A stretch of DNA of 64,000 nt from Phyllosticta citribraziliensis (Eukaryota), in contig NW_027117338.1 in the NCBI RefSeq assembly GCF_038025025.1, positions 124,001 through 188,000 of the forward strand. The letters are read 5' to 3'. Positions 11,559-22,992 of this stretch are shown in pieces. The translations under genes were made by a program, and so were the position numbers. Every line of letters begins with the position of its first letter. Positions within the stretch are counted from its first letter, which is position 1. The notes under the pieces are model-generated. The model made no database searches and was not told where the DNA came from. It was given only the letters and a program-made list of their open reading frames with translations.

Positions 11559-12627
11559 CTAGAAGATGCCCGGAAGCATCACAAACTTCTTGCGTCTGTA
11601 CTCGGCACCAAACTCCTTGCGGTATCTGCGCTCCTTTTTGGCGGCCCACGCGCCCATTTGAGCAGCTGCGACAATGACGAAGACGGCGGTCGAGACGGCT
11701 GACGTCTTGCTAATGGCGGCGTTCACGAGCCAGATTGCAACCCAAGAAATGACCTCGAAGAAGTAGTTGGGGCAAGTGACCCACCCGAAGCCAAATCCTC
11801 TGGGAATGCCACGCGCGGTTGGGTCGTGCGCGGGCCGCAGACCCTTGAGGATGAGATGGGCATTGAAGTTTCCAAGCTCGCCCACGGTGTAGAGTGCCAG
11901 GGCCAGGTAGGTGAACCATGGAGCAGCTTCGGTCTTGGAAGGACCATAGGCAAAGTATGCCAGGTTGAGGCCGGACAGCAGCCAGTAGTGGGCAGAGTTC
12001 TTGAAAATGTTGAAGGCGGGCATGGTGGCGCTAGAGAAGCGATGGACGAAGAGGGTCTCGAACTCGCGCTTGGCAAAGTGGAGGACGACGAGGATCAAAG
12101 ACAGCTTTTGCAAAGCCGTAGGCTCTGGCAATGCCGAGGGGGCCAGTGAGGGCGTGGGGTAGATGTAGTCGCGCAAGTAGTAGACGAGCGGGTGGATGAG
12201 GAGCGGGCCTGCATACTCGACGAGGAAAACGGTGCGCCAAGCTATCTGGGGACCTGGGTGATGTGCCTGTCAGCTTACCAAGGTCATGAATGCGGCCGAG
12301 GGAGGTCGGTACCAAGGTCCTTGACGGTGATGTTGCTCCTTTGGCGGAGGCCGGTTTCTGAGATGGGGATCTTGGACGAGTTTGGGATGACGGAGCCATC
12401 AGAGCCCTTGGCGAGGCGCAGGCGATGGACGGAGAGGCCGGTGGCTGCCGCAAGACGCTTATACAGCTCGGCAGTCGAGTCTGTCAGCGCGGCCGTGGTA
12501 TCGGGTGGGAGCTTCTTGACGGGCTTGCCTGGGGGCCAAGTGGTCAATTGCAGGCCGGAAATAGAATGGGGGCGGGGACTGTACCACGAGGCTGCACGAC
12601 AAGAGTGATGGCTTCGGTGGGCGCCAT
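11559..12627 (-). CDS. TSC13: Very-long-chain enoyl-CoA reductase (ubiquitin-like N-domain plus steroid 5-alpha-reductase domain); exons 12627-12585, 12528-12313, 12253-11559
   Basis: Motifs KDLGPQIAWRTVFLVEYAGP, HFAKREFETLFVHRFSSATMP, NSAHYW, CPNYFFE. Two GT-AG introns. Confidence 0.93.
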
Positions 12628-13700
12628 TTTGCGGAAGATGGGGATCGAGGTCGAGGTCGAGGTCGAGGTGGTGGTGAAGGAGGGGAGCTCAACGAAAATG
12701 GATGAGGCTCATGGCGGGCGCCCGGGGCAGGGACAGGGAAAGCTCCGTCGGCGAGAGCGACGCCAGACGCCGATCGAACGCGTCCAAGCTCGGCTCGACA
12801 CGAAGCACATGGTTCCATTTCGACTCGCGACGATAGGTATAGTATTGAATATTGACGAGATAGTGTACATTGGCAGATGCTGCCTGAGGAATCCAATTGG
12901 AAGGTGACTCGAGTCGGCCTCGGTAAGGCAGCCTCGCGCAAAACACCAAGGCCGAGGAGGCTGACGAGGGGAGGCACCACCGCAGGCAGTCGACGACATC
13001 AGGCAACTCTGGATGCCTTCAGCCCTGTACCTGTACTGTCCTGTAGGCCCTCTCCCCCCTCGTGCTCACCGAACCCCCAAGCCCCCCGGCGCTCACTGCA
13101 CTCACTACCCGACCGACCAAGCCACGCGGTCAATCGGCCAACGTCTCTCAGCCTGACATGACCGTAATGCGGCACGCTGCAATTGGCCGTGGCCCCTTGC
13201 TGCCACCACGCTGACCACTTCAGCCCCGGTAAACCGAACCCTCACGTACCGTCGTAGTCGTCGTCTCTTTTTAAGCCCACATGCCCGCCTCCTCCAGAAA
13301 TCGAGACATGCCGGCGCGTCTTTGTCCTCTTCCTCTTTGAGATACCCGGGCCCGTTTCTGCTTCTGCCCACCTGCTAGCTTTTGCCCTGCTTCCACTCTA
13401 CACAGGTCAGTCACTTTCTATTTTTTGTGCTCCCAAATCTATCGGCCCTGCTCCCGGGTGCCCTCCGCGGCTGGGCCGCCCGGGTGCTCCCACTAAACTT
13501 AAACCGTGTTTCATCTACTTTGTTACCAACCTCAGCCAACCACTCGCCTATAGCCCTGCTATAGCTTTGCGACCCATTGGCTTGTCTGCACTCTCCCCGC
13601 TCTCACCACCTCATCAGCACACTCAAAGAGCAGCCCTCATCATCGCAGCTGCGCTCAATGAGCATTCGGGACTAACTTGGACTCAGTACACTTTTCCGCC

Positions 13701-16700
13701 ATGGCTCCACAATTCTCCTCGGAACCGCAGCAACTTTCCCAGCTTGACAAGACCACCAGAGAGGTTGGCAAGGCCGTGTCCCAGTTGAAAGATCTCATCA
13801 GTCATGCTCTAAAACCGTTGCCCACTGGCACTGGAGATGGCACAGACCTCGATTCAAACGACTACCACACGGACGCTGCCGAGGCTGCTGAGGGTGTCGT
13901 CACTGATCTCAGCCACATGGGCATCACCGATTTCGAGACACTCTTTGAAGTGCTCAAGGACCAAATCTCCGGAGAAATGGTGGATGACAAGACATATTTC
14001 ATGGAGAATCTCATCCGGACAGCTGCCAAATTGCCAGATTCGTCGAAATTGGGCACCAAACTAACCGAAGGCTTCCTCACCCAGCTCTGGAATGACCTCG
14101 AACACCCTCCACAATCATACCTTGGCCAGGACTTCAAGTATCGCCAGCCTGATGGCTCATACAACAGCCTCAAGCACCCGAAGCTGGGTGCCGCTGGCAT
14201 GCCTTATGCACGAACCGTCTCGCCCAAGACGGCGCAGCCAGTTGCTCTCCCAGACGCTGGAGTTGTATTTGACAGCGTCATGTCCCGCAAAATTAGCGAA
14301 GAGCATCCCAACAAAATTAGCAGCGTTCTCTTCTACCTAGCCTCAATCATCATCCACGACCTGTTCCGCACCGACCACCAAGACTTTAGCAAGTCCAACA
14401 CATCATCGTATCTCGACCTGTCCCCCCTGTATGGAAGTAACTGGGACGAGCAAAAGATGATGAGAACCTTTCAGGACGGCAAGCTCAAGCCCGACTGCTT
14501 TGCCGAGAAGCGTCTCTTGACCTTTCCCCCTGGTGTCGGAGTGCTGCTAATCATGTTCAACCGCTTCCACAACTACGTCGTAGAGCAGCTTGCGTTGATC
14601 AACGAGGGCGGAAGGTTCAACAAGCCCGTCGAAGGAAGAACGGGACCGCACGCCCAGACTTGGGAAAAGTATGACGACGACCTCTTCCAGACGGGAAGAC
14701 TGATTACCTGCGGCCTGTACATCAACATAGTCTTGGAAGACTACGTCCGCACCATTCTGAACCTCCAAAAAACCAACTCCAACTGGGCCCTGAATCCCCG
14801 TATGGACATCAAGGGCGTCGAGACGGCTACTGGCAACCAAGTCTCGGCCGAGTTCAACCTAGTATACCGCTGGCACTCGGCCATTTCCGATCGCGACGAG
14901 AAGTGGACCGAAGACTTGTGGAAGGAGCTGTTCCCCGATCTTGATCCCAAAAAGGTCGGCATGCATGAGTTCCTTCAAAAGCTCAGCAAGCTGGAGAAGT
15001 TGACGCCCGAGGATCCCCTGAAGCGCGACTTTCACCACATCAAGCGCAACGAGGATAGCACGCTCCCTGACGACGAACTCGTCAAGATTATGACGGAAAG
15101 TATCGAGGATTGCGCCAACTCGTTTGGAGCCCAGCGTGTGCCGGCCGTCATGCGAGCGATTGAGGTCCTGGGCATCCAGCAGGCTCGGGCGTGGAATGTT
15201 GCCACGCTGAATGAGTTGAGAAAGTACTTCAACCTGACGCCCCACCGCACCTTTGAGGACATCAACTCGGACCCTCACGTGGCAGATCAGCTTCGTCGTC
15301 TCTACGACCATCCGGACCACGTCGAGATGTACCCTGGCCTCGTGGTCGAGGAGGCCAAACTCCCCATGGCTCCTGGCGCAGGCCTGACGCCGTCATACAC
15401 CGTCTCCCGTGCTGTTCTCTCCGACGCCGTGGCTCTGGTCCGCGGTGACCGCTTCTACACCACCGACTACCATCCAAAGCAGCTCACCAACTGGGGCTAC
15501 GCATTGGTCGACTCTGATAAAGCAATCGACCACGGAGCAGTCATGTTCAAGCTCTTCCTGCGCGCATTCCCAAACCACTTTGAACCCAACTCCGTCTACG
15601 CACACTACCCCATGACGGTGCCCTCGGAAATGGAGCGGTGTCTCAAGGATCTCGGCACGGCGCATAAGTACAGCTTCAAGAGACCCGAACCGATTGGCAT
15701 GCCCAACCTCATCTTCACGTACAAGGCTGCCGAGCAGGTCCTCACCGACAAGGAGGCATTCCATGTCACATGGGGACCCGCCATGGAGTTCCTCATGGGC
15801 AAGCCGGCCAAGAACTTCATGCTTGCCGGCGACGGGTACGAGAACCTCGAGTCGCGCAAGACCATGTCCAAGGCGCTCTACGTCAGCGACTGGGTGAAGG
15901 AAGTCAAGGCGTACTACCTGCAAAAGAGCAGCGAGATCCTCAAGGAAAAGGCGTACAAGCTGGGCGACTCGCTCAACCAAGTCGACATTGTGCGCGACGT
16001 CGGCAACATCGTACACGTCCACTTTGCCGCCGACCTGTTTTCTCTGCCCCTCAAGACCAAGGAGCACCCGCACGGCATCTTCACCGAGCACGAGCTATAC
16101 CTCATCCTGGCGGGCGTCTTCACCGTCGTCTTCTTCGACCTCGACCCCGGCTCGTCGTTTCCCCTTCGCGAGAAGGCGCACGATGCAACGCAAAAGCTCG
16201 GCCAGCTGATGACGCTCAAGGTGAAGGAAATCAAGGCGGGCGGTGGCATCCTGTCGTCTGCCATGGCGCTGCTCTTCCCTCCTCACAACAAGAGCCCACT
16301 GTCGTCCTACGGCACGCACATGATCCAGCGACTGCTGGCAGCCCACCCAGACATGAGTGCCGAAGAGCTGACCTTTGGCGAGCTGCTCGGGACGGCAGGC
16401 GGCATGGCACCGTGAGTCAACTCCATCCCCCAAAACGTCTACCCCTCAATACTAAAAACCCTTACAGAAACCAAGGCCAACTCTTCGCGCAGACGCTCGA
16501 GTTCTTCCTCCACACCCCCGAAGGCCAGAAGCACCTGCCAGCCATGCGCGCCCTCGCCAACGCCCCGGACGACGACGACGACGCCTTCGACACGCTGATG
16601 CACTACTTCCTCGAAGGGTCGCGGCTGGGCGGCGAGACGGGCGTCTTCCGGTACGCCACGCGCGCCGTGCAGCTCGCCGACGGGCCGCGCGCGCTCTCGC

Positions 16701-17353
16701 TGCACGCCGGCGACAAAATCATGGTGCACCTGCGCGCCGTGTCGCGCGACTCCTCCATCTTCCCGGAGCCCGACACCGTGCGCGTCGACCGCCCGCTCGA
16801 CGCCTACATCCACCTGGGCGCCGGCCCGCACCGCTGCCTGGGGCTGCCCATGACGCGCGTGGCGCTGACGGCGCTGCTCAAGACGGTGCTGCGCGAGTGC
16901 GGCGCGGGGCTGCGGCCGGCGGCCGGGCTGCAGGGCCGCGTGCGCAAGGTCGAGACGGTGTTGGATCCGTCCGGGACGCTGGAGAGGCCGGAGGTTAGGT
17001 ATCATAAGTACCTGACGGAGATGAACGATTCTTTCTTTCCGTTTCCGACGGGTATGTTGTCACTTACCCCACCCCCTGAAAAAAAAATGCTTCCCCTGAA
17101 TTCAACCACCCCCGGTCGTGGATGCGTGCAGTTTGCTGACTCGTTCCCGCACGCAGCGATGAAAATCAACTGGGACGACCACGACGCGCCGGCGTCGTCT
17201 TCCCTCAACGGCAACGGCAACGGCAACGGCGTCACGCACACCAACGGCTCCAGCTCCTCCACCTCGACTGATGCCGTCGACAACCAATACCCAGAAACGA
17301 CGTCGACGTCTCCTTCGCACTTGATCGGCGAGAGGGACCCGCTGAACGGCTGA
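13701..17353 (+). CDS. ppoA: Fatty-acid heme dioxygenase-cytochrome P450 fusion (linoleate diol synthase, PpoA-like); exons 13701-16411, 16468-17051, 17157-17353
   Basis: Peroxidase domain has IIIHD (distal His), YRWH (catalytic Tyr, proximal His) and LVRGDRF. P450 domain has NQGQ, EGSR (ExxR) and HLGAGPHRCLG with the heme Cys. Introns 16412-16467 and 17052-17156. The ppoA orthology is inferred. Confidence 0.9.
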
Positions 17354-18122
17354 GCCGCTGCCTGGCTCTTCGCCGTCGTCACGGGCGGTTGGTTGGATGA
17401 GTGATTACTTAGCGGCGGATAGGCGGATTTCACTGATTCTGCTCCTTCTTCGTTACTCTGCTGCGTTGGTGCGTCGAGGCGTTCGGGCGTCGCTTTGTTG
17501 TGTTGTCTGGATGGGCTGGTATGTCTTTTGTTGTTCATCATGGTGCTCGGGTGGGTAGCTACTACGCATGTATGCAGGTATTTGGGGATAGGCATGTAGT
17601 GGTGGCATGAGAAGTAACTTTTTCTGACTTCTCTCTCTCTCTCTTTTTCTGGTGACGCGTCTGTCTTTCAATGGCGCCTGTGAGGTGCGAGTGTCGTGGG
17701 CGGGTGGCTGCATATTTGCGTATGGGCGTGGTATATGGGTACCTCTTTTGTTGTGGTCATGAAAGTCATGAAAGTAGTGTGGTTTATGGCATACGGTGAT
17801 AAAAAAGGGAGGGGACGTTTTGTACACTTGAGTAGCAACTGCTAGGAAGTATTTTAATGACCTTGGGCTAGACTAGAGTTGTGCATGCCAGAGAGCTTGT
17901 ACCTAGGTGCCAGGTAGGTTGGAGGAGAGCGTGATGTAGGATCTGGCGTAGCACGGCCTGGTTCGGATGGCTCTAGCCGATAGTGTAGGCACGCTGAGGA
18001 AGGGATATATTTGGGTGCAATGAAAATGGTGTTTTGTTCCTTCTTCCCCAACTGATTTGGCCGGGTTGTTCGTCCTTGGGGTTTGGTGGCCGGCAGTTGA
18101 CCGTAGACAGCTCTCCCAGTGC

Positions 18123-18407
18123 TCAGTCATCGTCGTCGACGTTTTCCTCGCCGTAATTTGCCTCGAGAGCGGCATCGTTGACGTCGTCGCCGGCGCTCTT
18201 CTTGTCCTCTTCCATCTTCTGCGTCACGTAGGCATTGACGTCGGCCTGGAGCTCGGACACTCTGTTGCGGAGGGCGGCCAGGTAGGCCGTCTTTTCGTCG
18301 GTCGACGGGTCGGACGAGACGGTTGGAAGGTCGCGCGAAAAGGTCTTGGGGGCGGCGTCGTTGGGCGAGGTGTAGGTCGCCGTCAGGGCGTGGGTAGAGT
18401 CGGCCAT
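18123..18407 (-). CDS. GON7: EKC/KEOPS complex subunit Gon7 (94 aa)
   Basis: MADSTHALTATYTSP..YLAALRNRVSELQADVNAYVTQKMEEDK..EANYGEE matches the size and pattern of fungal Gon7. Confidence 0.85.
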   Translation of the reverse strand: MADSTHALTATYTSPNDAAPKTFSRDLPTVSSDPSTDEKTAYLAALRNRVSELQADVNAYVTQKMEEDKKSAGDDVNDAALEANYGEENVDDDD

Positions 18408-18613
18408 GGTGGATTGTGGGGGAAACGTGGGCGAGGACGAGTTTTGTGACTGAGAGGTGGTGACAAGGTCCCTGGCGTGGAGCCCGAGGCGGGGATCGAC
18501 CAGGTCAGCCCTACGACGCGAAGACAGCGACAACCAAACCTCGTCTCGTCTCGTCTCAGGCCGACCCGACGTCCAACTCCTCCACCACCTCTTCACTACC
18601 ATGGACTGATACA

Positions 18614-21415
18614 ATGGCCACCTCGTCGCCCCGGTCGCAGCTGGCGTCGCCGCCGCCGCAGCCGCCGCCATCCTCCCGCCCCCACGGCCCTCCATCTGTG
18701 CCTACGGCTGGCCACGCATACTACGACGGCGACTCTTCCGATTCGGATGCCTCGCGCAGGACCGTCTCCGTCGTCCGCCAACAACCACAACCCCCTCCTC
18801 TCCACCACTACCACTCGACCGCCACCGTCGCGCCCTCCCTCTCCGACCATCCCAATCTCAATCCCGCCCGCGACAGGCCGCCCTCGCACTTGGGTCACCG
18901 ACCCCGCCAGCACTCGCAGGGCTTCTTCGAGCCCTCTCTGCCCACGGCCTCGTCGTCCAATGTCTCCAACATGTCCAACCTCACCGCCTCGCAAATCGCC
19001 GCGCAGGCTGCCATGCACGCGCAATCCCACGACACTCAACACCACCGCAAGCGCTCTACCACCGTCCCCGAACCTGCCTCCCCCGCAAACGCCCCTCCCG
19101 CCAGGCGAAAGCCCTCGTCGCCCGGGCCTACCGTGCCACTGCTGAGTGTGGGCGCGGGCTCGGTCCAACATCAAAATGGTCTGCCTGGATCACAACAGGG
19201 CGCCGCCACGGCCGCCGCGAGCATGGTGTTTCCAAAGAGCCCGCTTGCCTCGCCCGCCGTGGGCCCGTTTGCAAGCTCGCGCCCCATGTCCCCGGCCGTC
19301 ATAGGCGATTTCAAGCCCGTCAAGGAGAAATCCAAGATGAAGCTCTTTTCCAAGCCCAAGAGCATCGGCATCTCCAAGGACAAGGAAAAGGAAGACAAGG
19401 ACAAAAAGGCGCCGACTCTGCCCTCCCCAAATCGGCCGGGCATGTACAGCTCCCCCTCGCTGAGCAAGCTGGTGAACCAGTCTACGACCAGCCTTGTGGA
19501 CCCCAGTCTCTCTGCTGCCTCGCTCTACTCTACCGCCAACGCGTCGACGTCCACGCTGGTTCCCGGGGACAAGGCGACGGAGAAGGAAAAGGAAAAGCAC
19601 CGCCATCACTTCTTGTCGCGGCAGAAGCACAAGCTCAAGGATGACCATCACCACCTTCCGCTGTCCTCTGCCAGCAGCAATTCCAAGCCAACGGACCCCA
19701 ACGCTCCACAGCCGCTGTACAACTTTGCTGCGCCAAATTCTCCTGGCCACTCGACTTCTTTTGCCCAGTCCATGACCGGGCTTGACCTCAGACATGGTGG
19801 TCGCGGGCTGCGCCAGAAGAAAAAGGAAGAAAAGGAGGCCAAATCGCATGCCACTTCAACCGAAACCATGGAGACGACGTATCGAAGAGGAGATGCTTCG
19901 ATTGAGATTGATCGCACGGATTGGCCCAGCGCAACGGCGTTGAGCACTTCGGTGCCATCCCAGGGGCTCTTGTCTGCAGGACTTGCTCTCGACACTCCCC
20001 TGACCTCGGTGGCCAATTTGGGCTCGATCTTTGGGCTTCCTGGAATGACCCCTGACGATGCGTGGCCACTGATAAAGGCGCGCGTGCTGCTCATATTCGA
20101 GGGCGAAGATCCTCGGCCTCCGATTGAGGACTTTAACGCGTTGGTGTCGATACACCTCAGACGTTGCATCCAGCGTCAGGCCCCCATCATCATTATTGAG
20201 GATTTGGCGGAGCTATTGCAGACTGGCTTTGGATCGCTTGACCAGACTCTGCGACACGTGCCGGATGATCGCCTTGTCCCGCGTCTGGTCGACATGTGGA
20301 CCGTGGTGCTCTGCACCATTTTGCCGTTCATGCAGGCTGTATTCCTCCCGTTGGATATGGAGTTCAAAGGCAGGGGCATCATGAATCCCAAGGAGGCCGC
20401 TGGCTTCTGGGGGGCATCCCTACCAAACAGGAGTCGCGCAGACTCGGACGAGGGTCTTTCAAGATGCAAATCGATCCCGACAGTGGGCGAGGAGCTCGAT
20501 GTCCGCCGACTGACGCTCCTTGCCTTTCGCGACACGGTCATTCTTCCTCGCAATGAAGCTCTCATGGCCATATTCTCTCGTCTCTCGCTCGAAAACATCA
20601 ACGTCGGTCTGGCCGACTCGCAATCGTCGTCCGACGCGCCGTCCTTCTCCCACGCCTCGCCCGGGCCCCAGCGACCCGGCACCTCGACGTCGCTAGGCGA
20701 CAGCGGCTGGCCCAACTCGACATCACACAGCCACAACTCGGCGTCCAACATTCTCGAATCGACCTCGTCGTCCTACTCGCAAACGTTCAGCTCCAACTCG
20801 CGGTCGCGCGCCACGTCCAACACGTCGGCCGGATCTTTTCACAGTCTCCCGTCGACGGTGCACCACCACGGCCACGTGCGGGCGCGCTCCAACCCACACA
20901 ACACGTACACGCCCAGCCACCACTACGGCGGCGGCGGCAGCAGCTACGCCAGCTTCCAGCAACAACAACAGCAACAACATCAAGCCCACCACCACCAACA
21001 ACCCCCACGAGCCGCCACACCCGCAACAGCAACAACGACAGCAACATCATCCTCCTCCTCCACCGCGCCGCCGGCGCGCCACCCTCCCCCGATGGACACA
21101 GCCAAGGTCATGGAGACGGTCGCGCGCATGCTGCAGTGCGTCAGCATCGTCATCAGCCTGCGCTCCGGCGACGAGGCGCAGGCCCTCATGGAGCGCCTCG
21201 CGGCCGAGCTCAAGTACAACTGGTTCGGGCGCGGCCGCACGGGCCGCAATCGCCGCGGGTTCGTGGGGAGGAAGGGGACGAATGCTGCTGCTGGCGCTGG
21301 TGCTGGTGCTGGCTCGGCAGTGGGCGTTGTGGGGTTCGGTGCGCTGGGGGGCGGGGGGCCGCATGCGCTGCCGCTGCCGCTGCCGCCGGGGGTGAGGGCT
21401 GGGGAGGGGGTGTAG
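18614..21415 (+). CDS. HbrB-like domain protein (Bit61/PRR5-Protor family, TORC2-associated), 933 aa
   Basis: Single long ORF. HbrB-type blocks DDAWP..LIFEGED, TILPFMQAVFLPLD, LAFRDTVILP, RMLQC and GRGRTGRNRRGFVG within S/P/H/Q low-complexity sequence. Confidence 0.82.
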   Translation: MATSSPRSQLASPPPQPPPSSRPHGPPSVPTAGHAYYDGDSSDSDASRRTVSVVRQQPQPPPLHHYHSTATVAPSLSDHPNLNPARDRPPSHLGHRPRQHSQGFFEPSLPTASSSNVSNMSNLTASQIAAQAAMHAQSHDTQHHRKRSTTVPEPASPANAPPARRKPSSPGPTVPLLSVGAGSVQHQNGLPGSQQGAATAAASMVFPKSPLASPAVGPFASSRPMSPAVIGDFKPVKEKSKMKLFSKPKSIGISKDKEKEDKDKKAPTLPSPNRPGMYSSPSLSKLVNQSTTSLVDPSLSAASLYSTANASTSTLVPGDKATEKEKEKHRHHFLSRQKHKLKDDHHHLPLSSASSNSKPTDPNAPQPLYNFAAPNSPGHSTSFAQSMTGLDLRHGGRGLRQKKKEEKEAKSHATSTETMETTYRRGDASIEIDRTDWPSATALSTSVPSQGLLSAGLALDTPLTSVANLGSIFGLPGMTPDDAWPLIKARVLLIFEGEDPRPPIEDFNALVSIHLRRCIQRQAPIIIIEDLAELLQTGFGSLDQTLRHVPDDRLVPRLVDMWTVVLCTILPFMQAVFLPLDMEFKGRGIMNPKEAAGFWGASLPNRSRADSDEGLSRCKSIPTVGEELDVRRLTLLAFRDTVILPRNEALMAIFSRLSLENINVGLADSQSSSDAPSFSHASPGPQRPGTSTSLGDSGWPNSTSHSHNSASNILESTSSSYSQTFSSNSRSRATSNTSAGSFHSLPSTVHHHGHVRARSNPHNTYTPSHHYGGGGSSYASFQQQQQQQHQAHHHQQPPRAATPATATTTATSSSSSTAPPARHPPPMDTAKVMETVARMLQCVSIVISLRSGDEAQALMERLAAELKYNWFGRGRTGRNRRGFVGRKGTNAAAGAGAGAGSAVGVVGFGALGGGGPHALPLPLPPGVRAGEGV

Positions 21416-22134
21416 GTAGGTTGGAGGCGATGGCGTTTTGAGGACGTTGCGTTGTGTTGTTGTGTTGCGTCGTTAGACGAGACGGAATGAGTCGAGTCGA
21501 GTCGAGATGAGATACCCCTGTAACTGTTTCTGCCCTTTCTTTCTTTCCTTTCTTTCTCTCCTTCCTTTCCCCTTTTTTCGTCGCTGCTTGGGTTTTCCCA
21601 TTGCGGCATCTGCTTATTTACTGGTATGGTATGCTATGGTGGCGCTGGTAGCGCGGATTAAAATATATGGCTTTTTTTTTGTTTTCGTTTATTTGGGCAG
21701 TTTGATGATGTCTCGGGCTGCTTGTGCTTCTTCCTCTACTTCTTTTGTGGTGAGCTGGGCGACTATGGGGTAGCAACGGATGTGACCGTAGCGCCATGTC
21801 TGCACTAAAAGCAGCAAACTAAGGCAAAATGAATGACAGTGATGACGAAGATGCCAGCTGGCTACAAGGCGCTCGCGTTGACTTACTTGGTGGAGATAGA
21901 TGCTCGCTCTGTGGGAGTCGAAACGGGGGAAAAAGTGAAGTAGAATGGGACGAGAAGAGAAGAGAAGAGGTGGGCGGGCGGGCGGGCGGGGTGATGACGG
22001 ACGGACGACGGCATGAACGAGCTCTCCAGAGAGCTGTGGGTACACAGCTGGCTGGCTGGCTACCTATGTAGCTGGGTGGGGGTGGCTCTGAATAATGTGC
22101 CTGACGTGTATAATTCGTGCCTGCTCGGCGAAAA

Positions 22135-22139
22135 TGCTG

Positions 22140-22171
<32 letters not shown>

Positions 22172-22219
22172 GCTACTACTACTACTACCAACACCACCAC
22201 CGCCGCCGCCGCCGCTGCC
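22135..22219. repeat. Compound trinucleotide microsatellite (TAC)n-(CAC)n-(CGC)n
   Basis: Read directly. Confidence 0.9.
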
Positions 22220-22838
22220 AGTTGTACAAGATATCCACACACAACTTGATTCACATCACATGCAATCGTGGAAAGACGATAGGATAGGTAAGTTAGAAAG
22301 TTATATGTATAATTATATATATCAGATAGAAGCGACGTAGATGAAGCTAGATATTTAAGGGCTAGGGGAGGGGTTAGATGAGTGGTAAGTGGTAAGGAAT
22401 AAGGAATAAGTGATGTATTAAGATGAGGTATAGAGAGGTAGGTAAAGTATGTAGGTAGGTGTGTAGAAAGATAGACAGGCGCGAAAGAGAAAAGGGAAAA
22501 TGCAGACCAGCCGTAGCCATGGCCATAGCTATGACAGTAACAGCTAGTACAAATAACAAATCGATGCTTCGGAGAAGGTTGAAGAAGAGGAAAGGAAGGA
22601 AAGAAGGAAAGGACAAAGAAGTGATGATGAGATGCATATGCAAAAAGAGACTGAGAAAGTGAGAACCTCCCTTCTCCCAATGGGTCCATCCATCCATGCA
22701 TCATCCATCCATGCATGCTGTGCTACTGCTACGTAAACCGTCCCGGCACCGCCGTTAACAACCAACGTGCGTGCGTGCCATGCGTCTCTCCTTTCCTCTC
22801 CTGCTATCTGCCATTCACTCCACGCTCCGCAACCCCCA

Positions 22839-22842
<4 letters not shown>

Positions 22843-22874
<32 letters not shown>
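22843..22874. repeat. (TC)n microsatellite downstream of the ADAM gene
   Basis: Read directly. Confidence 0.9.
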
Positions 22875-22877
<3 letters not shown>

Positions 22878-22992
22878 GCAACTTCCAGCTATGCAGCAAA
22901 ACCCAAATCCAACACCAAAACGAACCAAAAGAAGAAAACTTTTCCCCAACCCACATGGCGCATGCGCGCTTGCCCGCATCACGAATACCTCA

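Noticed and set aside
12254..12312. Second GACCTTG|GTAAG donor-like copy inside TSC13 intron 2
   Set aside because: Using it leaves about 25 nt to the acceptor, too short for an intron.
21420..22990. Regularly repeated motifs that might suggest a CRISPR or satellite array
   Set aside because: Simple 2-6 nt microsatellites without repeat-spacer structure, in a eukaryotic genome.
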